Assembly (NCBI RefSeq): GCF_011745625.1
Contig: NW_027191457.1
Span: 434,001 to 498,000 of the forward strand
Direction: 5' to 3'
Length of the DNA stretch: 64,000 nucleotides
Origin: Cladosporium halotolerans
Taxonomy: Eukaryota
Of this stretch, positions 51,290 through 63,158 are shown piece after piece. The position numbers were made by a program, and so were the translations under genes. Below the pieces are notes generated by a model, which saw only the letters and a list, made by a program, of their open reading frames with translations, was not told where the DNA came from and did no database searches. Numbering within the stretch: the first letter of the stretch is position 1; every line of letters starts with the position of its first letter.

Positions 51290-52521
51290 TTAATTCGCTG
51301 TAGTTCGTGGAATGCGTTCCTTGACCATTTCCGTCATCCTTTCCAGCCCACTGAGTCTGTCTCTCTTATTATTGCAAAGGAAAAGCTTAACAACAGGCCA
51401 GGCGTGGACCCAACCCCGTTCCTCGTGGTTGACCACATTAGAACCTGTGCTCCTGAGTAGAGCAATGAGGTCTCTGGTTTCCGGCGCGAACACTTCTTCC
51501 GCTCCGTGGATGAAAAACCACCCGTTCGTTGGCGAGGCCTTCCGCCACCAAATGATATCTTTGTTATGACCGGGCGAGACCATGGCGTCCTCTGGAGATG
51601 CTTTCGTGCCAATATACTGACCGCCATAAAGTCGTAAACTTTCTGCGTTCAGATAATCCGACGGAGTGTTTTGGTTCTTGTCCGAGATTATTGTAGCCCA
51701 AGGAGAGATCATCACAGCGAACCCAGGCTTCTTGTCTTTGAGGGAAGTATATTTCGATAGGCAAAGCAGGAGGCTAAGCATGACAGTAGCGCCAGCTGAG
51801 TCGCCCGAAATGACAATTCTCGAAGGGTCCGGGGCAATTGAAAGAACGTATCGGTAACCAGCAAGAGCCTCCTGAGTCTGCGTCGGGTATGTGGCCTCAG
51901 GAACAAGAGTGTATTCCAGAGCAAAGAGTGCGGGGTTGCTGTAGCCGGCGGCCTTTAGCATATGGACCCATGCCATCAGAAATTCGATGTAGAAGTATGA
52001 CGAGCCCATTGAGAACCCGCCACCGTGAGCGTAGTAGATCACGATGTCTGGCCGCCGTGTCTCGTCATCAATCATATAGATGCCCTTCAGACCTTCTCGA
52101 TTAACTTCCTTCCAGAAGATCGGGCAGCGTAGGACACCATTTCGCAGCATGCGGAATCTGAAAAAAGGCAAAGCAACACCTTTAGAGAAGAAGACCTTCC
52201 CAATGTGAGCAGGGATGCACGCGAATGCGTAGCGGACAATCCTAACGACTATGTCTTGAAACAGAGTCGCTTGCTGCACAAAGGGCGATCGTTGCGACCG
52301 CGGTCTGAGACGCTCACGCACGAGCTGGTAGGGCATCTTAGCCACTTCATTTGCATTAGCTGGGGAGCTCAGATTTCATGCTGAGGAATCATACCCAGGA
52401 AGGGCAATGCCCTGATGGCACATGCTGCCGTTCTGATCAACCCGACATGGATGATCAGCTGAGGGGCAAGGAACAGGAGGAAAATGAAGCAATCCGACCA
52501 CGCTATCTGGTCAAGGATCAT
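51290..52521 (-). CDS. Alpha/beta hydrolase, HSL-like (Say1/Abhydrolase_3 type), hydrophobic N-terminus; exons 52521-52395 and 52344-51290
   Basis: HGGGF oxyanion motif, GDSAG nucleophile, ISPW, HAWP. Upstream exon MILDQIAWSDCFIFLLFLAPQL joins through a 50-nt intron (GTATGA...CTAAT...AAG). Confidence 0.85.
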
Positions 52522-52987
52522 GATGGCAGTGGCAAGCCAGTGTTGCTATCGTGCGTCTGATCTGCTGGATTGTGGAAAAGCACGCAGTCGAGCCATTGAC
52601 TCGGCCGGCCTTTTCCTAGTCCGTGCCCAAGCTTCATGACGTCGGCTAACGAACCCGAGAGGCGGCGCGACCTTGAACTATCTCTGAACCGGACACAGAA
52701 GATCTTATCATTGTGATCATACTCCTTCATCAAAATGAAGAAACGTACCAAGTCTTTTGGCAATGATGTGTCCCAGAATTTCAAGCATCTCGCGAAGTGA
52801 ACAAGGTGATGTTCGCGCCAAGCTTTCTCCCAGAAGTTCGGTTCGCGCGCGCATGTGACAGCGCGCGCAGTTTGTCAGCGTGGCGTGAAGACATAGTAAT
52901 TCACGCAATATTACCAAGTTCTCCAGCAGACCGCTCCACGTCCCACTCTGAATAACCGCCTCAACACAACACTCTACCGCTGCGACC

Positions 52988-53314
52988 ATGTCTCGCCATC
53001 ATCCCGACCTCGTCATGTGCCGCAAAACGAGCGGCATCTCTATCGGACGCCTTTGCGACAAGTGCGATGGCAAGTGCCCAGTCTGCGACTCATACGTGCG
53101 ACCTACGACTCAAGTGCGCATCTGCGATGAGTGCTCTTTCGGCAACTACCAGAACAAGTGTGTCGTCTGTGGCGGCGAAGGCATTTCCGACGCGTTCTAC
53201 TGTTTCGAATGCACGAGATTGGAAAAAGACAGAGACGGCTGCCCAAAGATCATCAATCTGGGTAGTTCGAGGACGGATCTGTTTTACCAGAAAAAGAATT
53301 TTAGAAATCAATGA
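52988..53314 (+). CDS. RDS3: PHF5A/Rds3/Ini1, SF3b splicing factor
   Basis: Near-invariant sequence [13 protein letters not shown]...[14 protein letters not shown]...[20 protein letters not shown]. Confidence 0.98.
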   Translation: MSRHHPDLVMCRKTSGISIGRLCDKCDGKCPVCDSYVRPTTQVRICDECSFGNYQNKCVVCGGEGISDAFYCFECTRLEKDRDGCPKIINLGSSRTDLFYQKKNFRNQ

Positions 53315-54026
53315 AGAGATGTTACGGGAATGTACAAAAGGATTACATGGAGAGAAGCTCGCATGCCTGGCCGCACACAAACCTCTATGCTGGCAGAAGA
53401 GGAAATGATCCTGGATCGGAAAAGCTCGTATTCTGAGCAAAGGATCTCCGAGTCAGTGGTCACTTAAACAGGGCGCATGCGGGGACCGGCATTTTTGCGG
53501 TGCGCATGATCACGAAGATGGCAGGGGACTACGAAGCACGATGGGCAGAACACAACGAAAGCTCAATGAAGATCTCGGACCGCTGGTTTGAGCAAACGCT
53601 CAAACATCACTCTCCACGGCGCGGGCACCTGTCAGCTCTGCACGCCGCTCAGTGGGACGAGTATCGGGAGGAATGCCGACCGACCAGAATGGGGTATGCG
53701 GTATGTTGTATGAAAACTTCATCCGTATCTGAAACATTCCAATACCATGACCAAACCTTTGGATTCATTTTTTGCAATGAGGTACCGCTTTTCATTTGTC
53801 TACGGTTTGAGATAGCTCCGAGTGATACATCACTCTGTCATGGCATGGCAGGATGAAAGTACAGGCACCTCCTGGCTATCGAAGGACGCGGCCTGGATCT
53901 TCAGATGCGCAATATCGTGAGCCTTGCATTCTGCAAAGTGTCTGCGCAATTCAGTGCGCTATGAACTCGTATTGCAGCTTTGAAGCCACATCGCAATTCT
54001 TCATTGGTATGGTTGCTGTGCTTGCT

Positions 54027-55256
54027 TCATATCCTCAACATGCAGTCTCTCAACAGCTGCTCAAGAGCCTTTTGGTCTCCAGCGCTTGGCAAATATACCA
54101 TCGCGACTTTAGCCAACCTCCTCGCTTCGCTCTTCTCATCTTTCGCCTTCCAAGCGAGTGCAGTCCGCCAGTATACCTTGCCCATTTCCGTCGCTGCCGG
54201 GAACCCGGGCACCGCCTCCTCGTGCGGGCCGACATCCATGTCCGGTTCTATCCCCATCCCGTCTCTTACTGTGTTGATCGTCCGCATGCCCCAGAATATG
54301 CATTCATCGTACTGCTCCGATTTCAAATAGGCCAGGCAAGTGTTGGCGACCAGCTGGACACGGAGCACCAGGCGCTCAGCCTGGCCCAGCTTGCCCTGGT
54401 ATGGCGGCTGCCGCAGACGCACCGCGAAGAAGGCATCGCCGTGCACATGGCGCGCGTGCCCGTGGACGGTGATGTGGATCGCTTCCCAGGATTGCTTGTA
54501 GAGGCTCAGCGCGGCGCTGTAGCGGCCCGCCTGTAGTTCGACGTTGCCCTCGCGTTTCAGGCGCGTACTTTCGTTTAGGCATTCTTCTGGAGAAGCGATG
54601 GGCTTTGCCTGGGCGGCCTCGAGCTCCGACACTATCTTGGGATCCGGTGATGGCGCGCCGACAAAGGTCATCTGGCCCAGGTTCCTGACGCTGGCCCAAG
54701 GGTAAAGAAGTTTCCGTTGAAGGGAATACGGAACTTGCTTGTCTGCTTCCTCTGCATGGAAGGGGTCATGAAGGCTCAGGCTCAGGCGCAGATTGGGGTT
54801 CAGCGTGGGATGTGAGAGGTCTGCGTAGAACCAGGACTTGGTGAACTTAGCCAGATCGTCGACGTGGATGATGAAGCATTCCGTGTCTACGTCCAGCAGC
54901 TGATATTGGGGAGCATCTATACCCGCCAGCAGTCTATAGTATTTGAATGTTTTTGCGCGCTCGTCTTGTATCACTATTGGGACATGGCCCTCGGCCATCA
55001 CATGCTCTTTCGATTGCGACCATGGCGTTTCGATTCGGACGAAGGCGTTCAGGTCGCAGAAGATTTTGTGTGCCTCACGGTAAATCTGGCGATTGATCTT
55101 GAAGAGTACGAGAGCCCGTGCATAGTTGTACGTGATGTATTCGTCGGCTCCGTAATTGCGATTCGCTTCGGGGTCTAGAATCAACCGATAGATGTGTTCG
55201 CGGATCTCGGGAGGGAGAGTGAGCAGGTGTAGCTTTTCGTCGGACGATGTGGTCAT
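54027..55256 (-). CDS. Hypothetical protein with F-box-like N-terminus and C-terminal TPR-like region
   Basis: LLTLPPEIREHIYRLIL (F-box-like). LKREGNVELQAGRYSAALSLY, ANTCLAYLK and GKVYWRTALA (TPR-like). Confidence 0.75.
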   Translation of the reverse strand: MTTSSDEKLHLLTLPPEIREHIYRLILDPEANRNYGADEYITYNYARALVLFKINRQIYREAHKIFCDLNAFVRIETPWSQSKEHVMAEGHVPIVIQDERAKTFKYYRLLAGIDAPQYQLLDVDTECFIIHVDDLAKFTKSWFYADLSHPTLNPNLRLSLSLHDPFHAEEADKQVPYSLQRKLLYPWASVRNLGQMTFVGAPSPDPKIVSELEAAQAKPIASPEECLNESTRLKREGNVELQAGRYSAALSLYKQSWEAIHITVHGHARHVHGDAFFAVRLRQPPYQGKLGQAERLVLRVQLVANTCLAYLKSEQYDECIFWGMRTINTVRDGMGIEPDMDVGPHEEAVPGFPAATEMGKVYWRTALAWKAKDEKSEARRLAKVAMVYLPSAGDQKALEQLLRDCMLRI

Positions 55257-55726
55257 TGCGATTTGTTATCGATCGATCGACATGCGCTGTAGGGCTCGTC
55301 TTGCCCAGTGAGGATAGCTGCAGGGAAGCTTCATCGGCTCTGTTGGCTGTGTCGTGTGAGAGTAAGGCATGTCCCGCGGTGGCTTACCAAAGCAGCATGA
55401 CGTCCTTGCCTCGGCCCCACGTGAGGATCGCACAGAGTGTTGCATAAAGTTATGCATAAACTAAACGATCTCGTCCCATCAAACCTCCCTCTCTTTCGGC
55501 ACTCTCGTATCTTGTCTGTCGCCCATTGAGAAGATCAGGGCATTGACACGTCTACAATTACGCAAAATCTTCATGTGAAGCGGTCTGATCCGATGCCTTC
55601 GTGGCCTACACTGCTAAACTGATCACATTGAAGCTTTGAGGAGAGAAGATTGACTTGCCTCTACCGTAATAACAACAACCATCAACCGGCTTTGACGTTA
55701 GAAGCATCTTCTCAACAAGCACCATC

Positions 55727-57241
55727 CTACTCCAAGCTCATACAAGCGAAGCTCATGCTAGACGCCGTCTTCTGTCCCTCCACGCCACTGTAAACGTCTC
55801 CCTTATCAAGGCTCCAAGCCATATTGACATACGGCCAGCAGATCCTGCCATCATTGAGAGTCACCATGTCACCAGCGACATAAGTGTCCATAGATTTTAC
55901 CGGCTCGCCAACCTTCTGTCCATCCTTGTCGACCAGCTGGAAGTAGGTGCCAGTGAAAGTACCGCCGCAACCCATGGCAATGAACTCGCATGCGGGGCTC
56001 TCGATCTCCTCCCAGGAAACGAGCGCGTAGTGATCATCGAAGGTCGCGACATGAGCGTTCGACCTGTCGGGATCTTCCGTTGGCGTGACCCAGTTGACCT
56101 GCGAGTCTCCATCTGCGGCGCCGACTTCTGACGAGGCCTGAGGCGATACTTTGGTCTCCTTGTCGGAGAACATAGCGATGGCGACGCGTCTGCCGTTCGT
56201 GCGGTTGAGAGTGTGAGTGTAGCCCTCGCCCATCCAGTCGTTCTCGGTCAAGTCGATGGAGCCACGGGAGACCCAGGCGAAGATGTACGAGCTGCTGTTG
56301 TCGAAACGTGCGAGGGAAGAGTACGATCCGGACATTCCGCCCACTGCTACTTGTCAGTCATACCAACAGCAATACATAGAGGCGTTGTACTCACTCGGCT
56401 CGCCACTGGCGCCATTGGTGGTGTTCTCATTGGAGACCTTGATGCCATTGTTGCCCATGCCTTGAGTCTTGGTGTTGAGCCAGATGGCCCCCTGGTCCTC
56501 CGCGCAGATAGAGGCAAACGGTGGCTCATCAGCAGCCTCAAAAGCAATACCGGTGTTGTGCGAGCAGCCCCAAGCACTTGTCGCGCCCGTGATTGTTTGA
56601 AGCTCGCCGCTATCATCGACATATTCGATGCTGTCTCCAAAGTGACCTTTAGAAGCTCCAGTGTACGACGTGATGACGAAGTAGGCGCCGTAAAGCTGCG
56701 CCTCTTCAGACCAGACTAGGTCGCCATTCATGTCAGGTGACATGGCGAGGCCGTCGGACTCGTGCACTCCCGGGCCGGCGACGAATGTCTTCCAGACCTG
56801 CTTGCCGTTCTTGTAACGGTAAATGGCAGGCACTGGGGTGTTGTCTGGCGGCGCGTTGGCGACCGAAGATGGGATAGCCTCATTGCCTAACAACGCAAAA
56901 CCATGGTCGTGTGCGACAAGGCCACCAGCTTCCTTGAGGCCTGGAATGGTAACATCCGGACCCTTGGGTGTCATGGAAGAAGGCTCAATATGTTGCACGT
57001 GCACATCGGTGCCAGAGGCGTCGAGGTAAGCGATATAGCCAGTCTTTCCATCTGGAGATACTGCGAAAGGCGTGCGACGGTGGTGAGGAAGGCCAGTCCA
57101 GTATGCTGCCTTGACCGGGTCGAAGCCCGAGGTGAGGTTGAGTACGTCTCTGAACGATTCCAACTTGATGGACGGTGCAGCAGCTGCGGCCAGCGCAGCG
57201 GTGCAGATTGGTGTGTAAATGAGTGACTTGAATTGAACCAT
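55727..57241 (-). CDS. Secreted protein of unknown function; exons 57241-56395 and 56343-55727, about 487 aa
   Basis: Signal-peptide-like N-terminus. Intron GTGAGT...CTGAC...CAG joins NGASGEP to MGGMSGSYS. Beta-rich sequence with motifs HHRRTPF, GHFGD, WGCSHNTG, ICWPYV. Confidence 0.8.
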
Positions 57242-57724
57242 TTCAATGTAGAAACACGCTCTGCGTGAGTCCGTGGTGTAAAGTAATGAAGGTAGTGCTC
57301 GCCGCGGGCGAAGCAGCAGCAGAATCGTCTCTCATTATCTATAAAGATTGCAGCTCAGCCTGCCCTAAAGCTTCACCTTCATAATTAGACGCGGAAAATT
57401 GTTTCAAACTAGGGGCCAGAACTCTTGGGCGTTGTTTGTATGAGAGTAGGGCTGAAAAGCATGCCCTTGAAACAACCGCCGTTAGGGCTTCATCTCGACC
57501 TTGAGCGCGAAAGCCCGACGTTTCGCGAATTCCACTTCTGCATCTTGTGTCAGTCATCGGAGGTAGGAAACAAGTATTCGAGAAGAGGCCATGGGTTATT
57601 TTGAGATTCAAAGAGTCCAAACGATATCGTTTAGATTAATTTATCTATCGTGACCAACGCGCGGCTAACGCGGATTCATGCTTTTCAGCACCCCTGTACA
57701 CAAATGCTGCATTATTAAAGGACA

Positions 57725-59443
57725 CTACACCCTCGTATAGTTGCCGGACTGCGCGGGAGTAGCCTCGGCGGTGTCCGCCCATCCGCTCTCGAGGCTCCAA
57801 ACAGCAAGATCAACCTTCGCATTAGGCGAAAGGTCCCTCGATGCAACACTAAGCAGCGTCAAAGGCTCGTCAGGGTAATACAGAACGGTAGCGGCGTGAA
57901 TTCCACGGTCGACGAAAACCTCAAAGATCGAACGGTCAATCACACCCTCCACGTTCCAGACCGTGCCGTTGTAGATGTCCGCAACGCTGAACTTGGTGTT
58001 CCAGAAAATGTCGTCGACGAAGCCGTTGACACCCGAGCGGTCGACCCAGAAGGGGTTGTCGCCGCTGAAGAGGAAGCCGTTGCGGATCGATTCGCCGGAG
58101 ACAGGGGACATGAAGGTGAAGTTGAGGGTCGGGTTGGTGCCGAGCTCGGTCTGGTTGATGCCCGTGACGTTGATGGAGAAGTGCAGGGCGTTGGACTCGA
58201 CTTGAGAGTAGTCCACGATGGCGGAGCCGTTTCCGGTCCAGCTCTTCTCTTCGATAGTGGTGTTGGTGATAGCGTCGATATTGAAAGGCTCGGTGACAAG
58301 GGTCCAGCCGATACGGGTGGCGTTAGTCACATAGTTGGAACGGGGCACGGTCATGGCAGACCTCCAACCTTCGCTCGCGGTCGGGACGCGGTTGGTGTAT
58401 TGCCAGTTGCTGGCCCATGCAATGTCGATGGGGTCTTGACCCTCGGGCGTCCCGTAGAAGAACTGGCCAGCGTAATTGTCCTTGGCGAAATCATTGAGAC
58501 GGGTCGCGCGATCGATAGGGTTGAAGTGAGTTCCGTTGAAACGGCCGATGAAGTACTCGGTGACGGAGCCACCAAGCGGTGCACCGGGCTGGATGCTCAA
58601 GGTGAGGAGATCCAACATCTCACCCTCCTCGCCGGTGTCGTGATCACGAGTGGGGATTTGCACCATGTTCGGGCACTCGTACTGAGCGCCAAGGAGACCT
58701 GCGTCGGTGAAGTTGCTTGCGAAGGTCCAGTTCTTCAAGTCTGGAGATTTGAAAATAGAAATCGTGAATTCCTGACTGAACGTGATGACCATGACCCACT
58801 CGTCACCGTAACGGACGACCTTGGGGTCGCGGAACTGACTGCTGTTGTAGTCAATTACCGGGTTCTGGTCGTACCACTCGAAAGTGTATCCGCCGTCCCG
58901 CGAGTAAGCGATGTCCTGGGTCTGCAGACCAGAACCGCCATTTGCATCTCCGTAGTTGGTAGTGAAGATGGCAACGACTCCGTCGTCCTGGTCTGGGAAA
59001 AAGCCGGAAGTGTTATTCGGGTCGGTCACAGCGCTGCCCGAAAAGACGCCAGAGTTTTCGACAGGAGGGTAGAGGGCAATCGGCTGGTTTTCCCATCTGT
59101 AGAGATCTTGAGACGTAGCATGACCCCAGTGCTGGTTACCCGCGACAAGTGCCGCAGGGTTGTATTGGTAGTACAAGTGATATGTTCCGTTCTGGTAGAA
59201 CACGCCTAGGAGCGAATGTTAGGTCTGTAATCTATGGCCGACGCGATCGGGTGATTGATTACCATTAGGATCGTTCATGAAACCTTGAGGAGGCGAGAAG
59301 TGAACTTGAGGGCGGAGTCCACCGGTGTAGTTGCCCGGAACAGGCGCATCGGTAGGAAATGGAGATGTGTCGACGGTGCTGGTGTTTTGTGCAGAAGCCA
59401 ACACCGCGAGGCTGGCAACACTGCTACTGGCCAGGAGCTTCAT
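57725..59443 (-). CDS. GH32 beta-fructofuranosidase (invertase / exo-inulinase), secreted; exons 59443-59263 and 59205-57725
   Basis: Signal peptide; FMNDPNG, HWGHATS, FSGS, FRDPKV, YECP catalytic motifs. Confidence 0.95.
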
Positions 59444-59520
59444 AATTGATACGCGAGCAGTGACTGAGGGAAATTGGTACTGGTCTCTCCCAGCACCAGT
59501 GTGTGTCGATCTCCCATACC

Positions 59521-59526
59521 TTTATA
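59521..59526 (-). promoter_or_regulatory. Candidate TATA box of the GH32 gene
   Basis: TATAAA on the minus strand about 80 bp upstream of ATG 59443. Confidence 0.4.
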
Positions 59527-60800
59527 CTCTCCCTTCCTCTCACCGGCTCCATCAACAATGTCTTGGACGTGCCCTTCCCAGCCCCATCACTTCCCGCCAA
59601 GTGACATTGCCTCTCTTGGGTCACGACGAATGCCATGGCTCCGACCAGCCGCCGCTCTCCACCGCCCGCGGTATGTCTAGCATGCCGGAGGACCCGACGT
59701 ATAGCGACGAGGCTCGCAAAGGCTAAGGCGAGATGAAAAGGGCCGAAAAGAAAGGCGCCGAATAGCACCCGAGTGTCGATCGCTGGGCGCAACCGCCCAC
59801 CTCCACGCGATTCCCATGCGCTCTCCGCAAAACAAGCTGTGAATTGCGGGCCGCCACGGGGCTCCGTGGAAGCTTCACGGCGACGGCTTGCGGTCTTTGT
59901 GGGACCTGAAGTGCGCCGAACTGACTTGGCGTGGCGGCAATGATCGCATGCGGCATGTCACTGCCGCACGCCGTCTTCCCCATTGTCGTCTCTCCACTCG
60001 GAACTGGCCAGGGAGTGGTCCTTCGTGCGGCGCAGTTCATTTGCGTTAAGGATCCTGTCGGGTGCCCTTGGCCGAGTCTTCCGTGCAGTGGACCTGTCGA
60101 ATATGCAGAATGCGTTGGGGAGGACCAAGCATGGACTCGCCAATGACCAGCGCTCCGAGTATGACGATTACTGTTGCTGAAGATTGCAAAATACGGCCTG
60201 TTTCCGTATTCGGTCAATGTTCCTACCGGATACTTCGACGTGGTGAAGTCCGTCATCCGATTCCACCCAGCCTGAGGCTGCGCAAACTCCCTTCGGTAGG
60301 CCGTCAACTCCAGTTCAAGTTCAGATTCTCGCTCAAACACGGTTGTTTTGGCTCGGCCTATATTTGTTCACTAAACCTGAGAAAATTGCACACTTCGACC
60401 TTGCCGGGTTCAGGACGTGTCAGTGAAATCTTGTAGCAAGATGAGTAAACAGGCGGCTTATTCCTGTCAACCTGACAAGATTCCAGTCAGGCTGGCATTT
60501 TGACGGACGCCAGATAGCCGCGTGCTAGCCTGAATCTGACCTGCCAGGCTTCTAAATCGAACAATATATTAAGCCCGGACAAAGTGGTTCACGAGTAGAA
60601 AAGTCGATTTTGGAGCAAAAGGAGAAAGCTTGCCTCGAAGTATTTAAATTACATCTTACCATTATATTTACATGAATCGATATCGAAGCAACATTCCTAT
60701 GCCCAGAGTTGCGTAAATGCCAGGTCCATATATACAACCCAAACGCCATCGCTCAACGCTCTCAACAAAAGCCGCCACCTATAGGGCCATCCCGTTACTC

Positions 60801-62255
60801 TCAAGTCCTCAACTCAGAGAAGATGTAGGGAAAGATGACAACGCAAGCCTTGTAAAACACGCCGACACTGAGCACCGCCCTCAGCGGAACCAGCAGCGCG
60901 CCGGCCTCGGTGATGTAAATCCACATAGCGTACAACGCCACCGCGAAGAAATGGTAGAACAGCACGAACGGCTGCCTGATGATACCAGCGAGGAGGCCCA
61001 CGGGGCCGTCGATGCAGTTGCCGCCGAGCTTGAAGTATTCGAAGCAGCCCTGCTGCAGCGCCTTGAGCTGGGCGTCGTCGGCCGCGAAGAGCGAGTACAG
61101 CGCCATGGCCAGGATATTGATGACGGAGCTGAGGCCCTTGCGCTTCCAGTGCAGGCTCTGCATCTGCTGCAGCACGAGTTTGGTGTCCTCGAGGGAAGGC
61201 ACGATACTGGGGTGCAGGACTTCGCTGAGCAAGACAGCGTCGTTGAAGGCTACGGTCATGCCGCCGCCGGTGAGCGGGTGCCGCATGTTCATGGCGTCGC
61301 CGAGCATGATCAGACCAGGCTTGCGATTTGTGGTTGGTGGGAGGAAGGAGTTGGGCATTGAGCGGAGGCGATCTCGTTCGATTGCGGCTTCGAAAGACGG
61401 TCGTACTTGTTCGGGGAGGGCGGGCACGACCACGTTCTTGAGGTGGCCCTTCACGCCGCCGGCTTTGATAGACGCTGTAGGTAGGTTTTCTGGGATGTCG
61501 ACCAGTGCTCTCGTCTCGTGGGTGCCAATCTGGTAGAGCAGGATAGGAGCGTGGTCGCCGAGAATGACATGTCCGTGGTTCGGCATCGGAAGAGGCACAT
61601 CAATGAGTTCCAGGCCCCAGAACTTCGATCGCGCAACCGGCGCATCTGATCTGAACTCTTTCCTGAACTTGCTCGCGTATCCGTCCGCGACTATCGTGAG
61701 CGATCCGAAGTAGGCGTCAGGCTGCCCTTGCACGGTCGCTTCCACTCCCAGAATTTGATCCGTGTACCCGCTGCGCACCAAACCCGTTGCCGTGCCCTCG
61801 ACGACAGTCACATTGGGATGAGCCAGCACCTTCTCTCTCAGCCGCTGCACAAACCGCCCGTGATGGAACGACCTGCCCTCCGGCCTCTTCCTCTTGACCC
61901 CACGCATCTCATCCGCCTTCCCCACCGCCCCCTCCTCTTCCCCATGCACATTCTCCGGATACGCAATCTGCACCTCGCTACCGTAGTAGATGACATCGTA
62001 TCCGAACACCTTCACCGCATCGATCTCCTCCAAGCAGTCGCGCAGCCCGAGCTTTTCCAGCGCCTGCACGCCGCCGGGCTGCAGCAGCTCGCCGACGATC
62101 CTGTCCGGCTCCCTCAACGACCGCTCCAGCACGATGACGCTGCGCCCTTGGTTTCCCAGCGCGACCGCCACCGCGCATCCCAGGATGCCCGCGCCCACGA
62201 CGACGACGTCGGCCTCGTGGTGCTGCAGCCGGCGCTGCGCGTTCTTCTCGTCCAT
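60801..62255 (-). CDS. ERG1: Squalene epoxidase (squalene monooxygenase), intronless
   Basis: VVVVGAGILG, EPDRIVGELLQPGG, GRSFHHGRF, IVADG, LGDAMNMRHPLTGGGMTVA, INILAMALYSLF, C-terminal hydrophobic helices. Confidence 0.97.
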   Translation of the reverse strand: MDEKNAQRRLQHHEADVVVVGAGILGCAVAVALGNQGRSVIVLERSLREPDRIVGELLQPGGVQALEKLGLRDCLEEIDAVKVFGYDVIYYGSEVQIAYPENVHGEEEGAVGKADEMRGVKRKRPEGRSFHHGRFVQRLREKVLAHPNVTVVEGTATGLVRSGYTDQILGVEATVQGQPDAYFGSLTIVADGYASKFRKEFRSDAPVARSKFWGLELIDVPLPMPNHGHVILGDHAPILLYQIGTHETRALVDIPENLPTASIKAGGVKGHLKNVVVPALPEQVRPSFEAAIERDRLRSMPNSFLPPTTNRKPGLIMLGDAMNMRHPLTGGGMTVAFNDAVLLSEVLHPSIVPSLEDTKLVLQQMQSLHWKRKGLSSVINILAMALYSLFAADDAQLKALQQGCFEYFKLGGNCIDGPVGLLAGIIRQPFVLFYHFFAVALYAMWIYITEAGALLVPLRAVLSVGVFYKACVVIFPYIFSELRT

Positions 62256-62405
62256 TGTTTCCGAGAGTCTGGCAGATTCGTGGTGGATTTTCGCTCAATG
62301 GCAGTTGTGTCCGGACCGGCGGTTTCGAGGTATCGGAAGTAATTTGTAGTAAGAAGAATTGCGTGCGCGGTGGTTTGGCGGCCGTTGGTGGTCGTGGGCG
62401 ACGCA

Positions 62406-62415
62406 ATCGTACGAG
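62406..62415. promoter_or_regulatory. Candidate sterol-regulatory (SREBP-type) element ATCGTACGAG
   Basis: Palindromic core TCGTACGA about 150 bp upstream of the ERG1 ATG; it resembles the ATCGTACGAT-type fungal SREBP site as I recall it. Short motif, unverified. Confidence 0.3.
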
Positions 62416-62969
62416 ATTCAGGGTGGGATTTCTTCGTGGCGTCGATCCAGGGACGGAATCCAGGGCTTCGAGATCGGACTTCGCCTTCTCTGGGGAGCGC
62501 AGCGGGCCGCTGCCCGCCGAACAATGAATGGGATGGTAGGGAAGCATCATGGGTGGCGTCTTGGGACAAAAGACGGCGACGTCTTGCAAAGCGTAAACCT
62601 TAGATGCAGCATATCGCAACGTCAGAGCACGAGAGCGCGTAGAACAGCCTCCCTGCGGTGCGAATAGAGCAGCATCGCCCGCACTGGCACGCGATGCTGC
62701 TCGAGCAGCCAGACCAGACCAGACCAGACAAGCCACCTTACCCGCCAGTCGCCAAACCTAGCCAACAACCACAGAACGAAAACACCACCGCATGATCCCT
62801 CCATGCAAAAGCCGCCGACACAGGCAAAAGATCCGGCACACGAGTTCATGCGCGCACACACGAGACCCTGCAGTGCGGCCGGACTGTCACTGCAGCCAAC
62901 CGCTCAAAAGCCAGCCTCGCCACGTTGCAGAGCGCATGTTCGCTTGCGCGGAGATCGGCGCCCGCGATA

Positions 62970-63158
62970 CAGTATTGTCAAGCGAGGTGAGACGCCCACT
63001 ACGGAAACTAGTATTAATGCCAGCAGATCAGATCCAGTTTTGACCCAGCTAGAGAAGTTCTGACAATCGGGACACTTGGGGGACGTCCACTATTCTTCTA
63101 GCGTACGCGCGAAGCCTAGTAGCCGAACCAGGGCGTCTCACCTCGCTTGACAATACTG
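62970..63158. mobile_element. MITE, 189 bp, Tc1/mariner-type, with 28-bp perfect TIRs and TA target-site duplication
   Basis: TA|CAGTATTGTCAAGCGAGGTGAGACGCCC (62970-62997) and its exact reverse complement GGGCGTCTCACCTCGCTTGACAATACTG|TA (63131-63158); 133-bp non-coding interior. Confidence 0.88.

Noticed and set aside
34733..55256. Apparent grouping of ubiquitin-related genes (Trx-SHP, epsin, Csn6, RING, F-box/TPR)
   Set aside because: Interspersed with unrelated genes over 20 kb; such functions are common enough to co-occur by chance.
57896..59209. 437-aa plus-strand ORF, and similar antisense ORFs over the laccase and phospholipase genes
   Set aside because: Antisense mirrors of strongly codon-biased genes.
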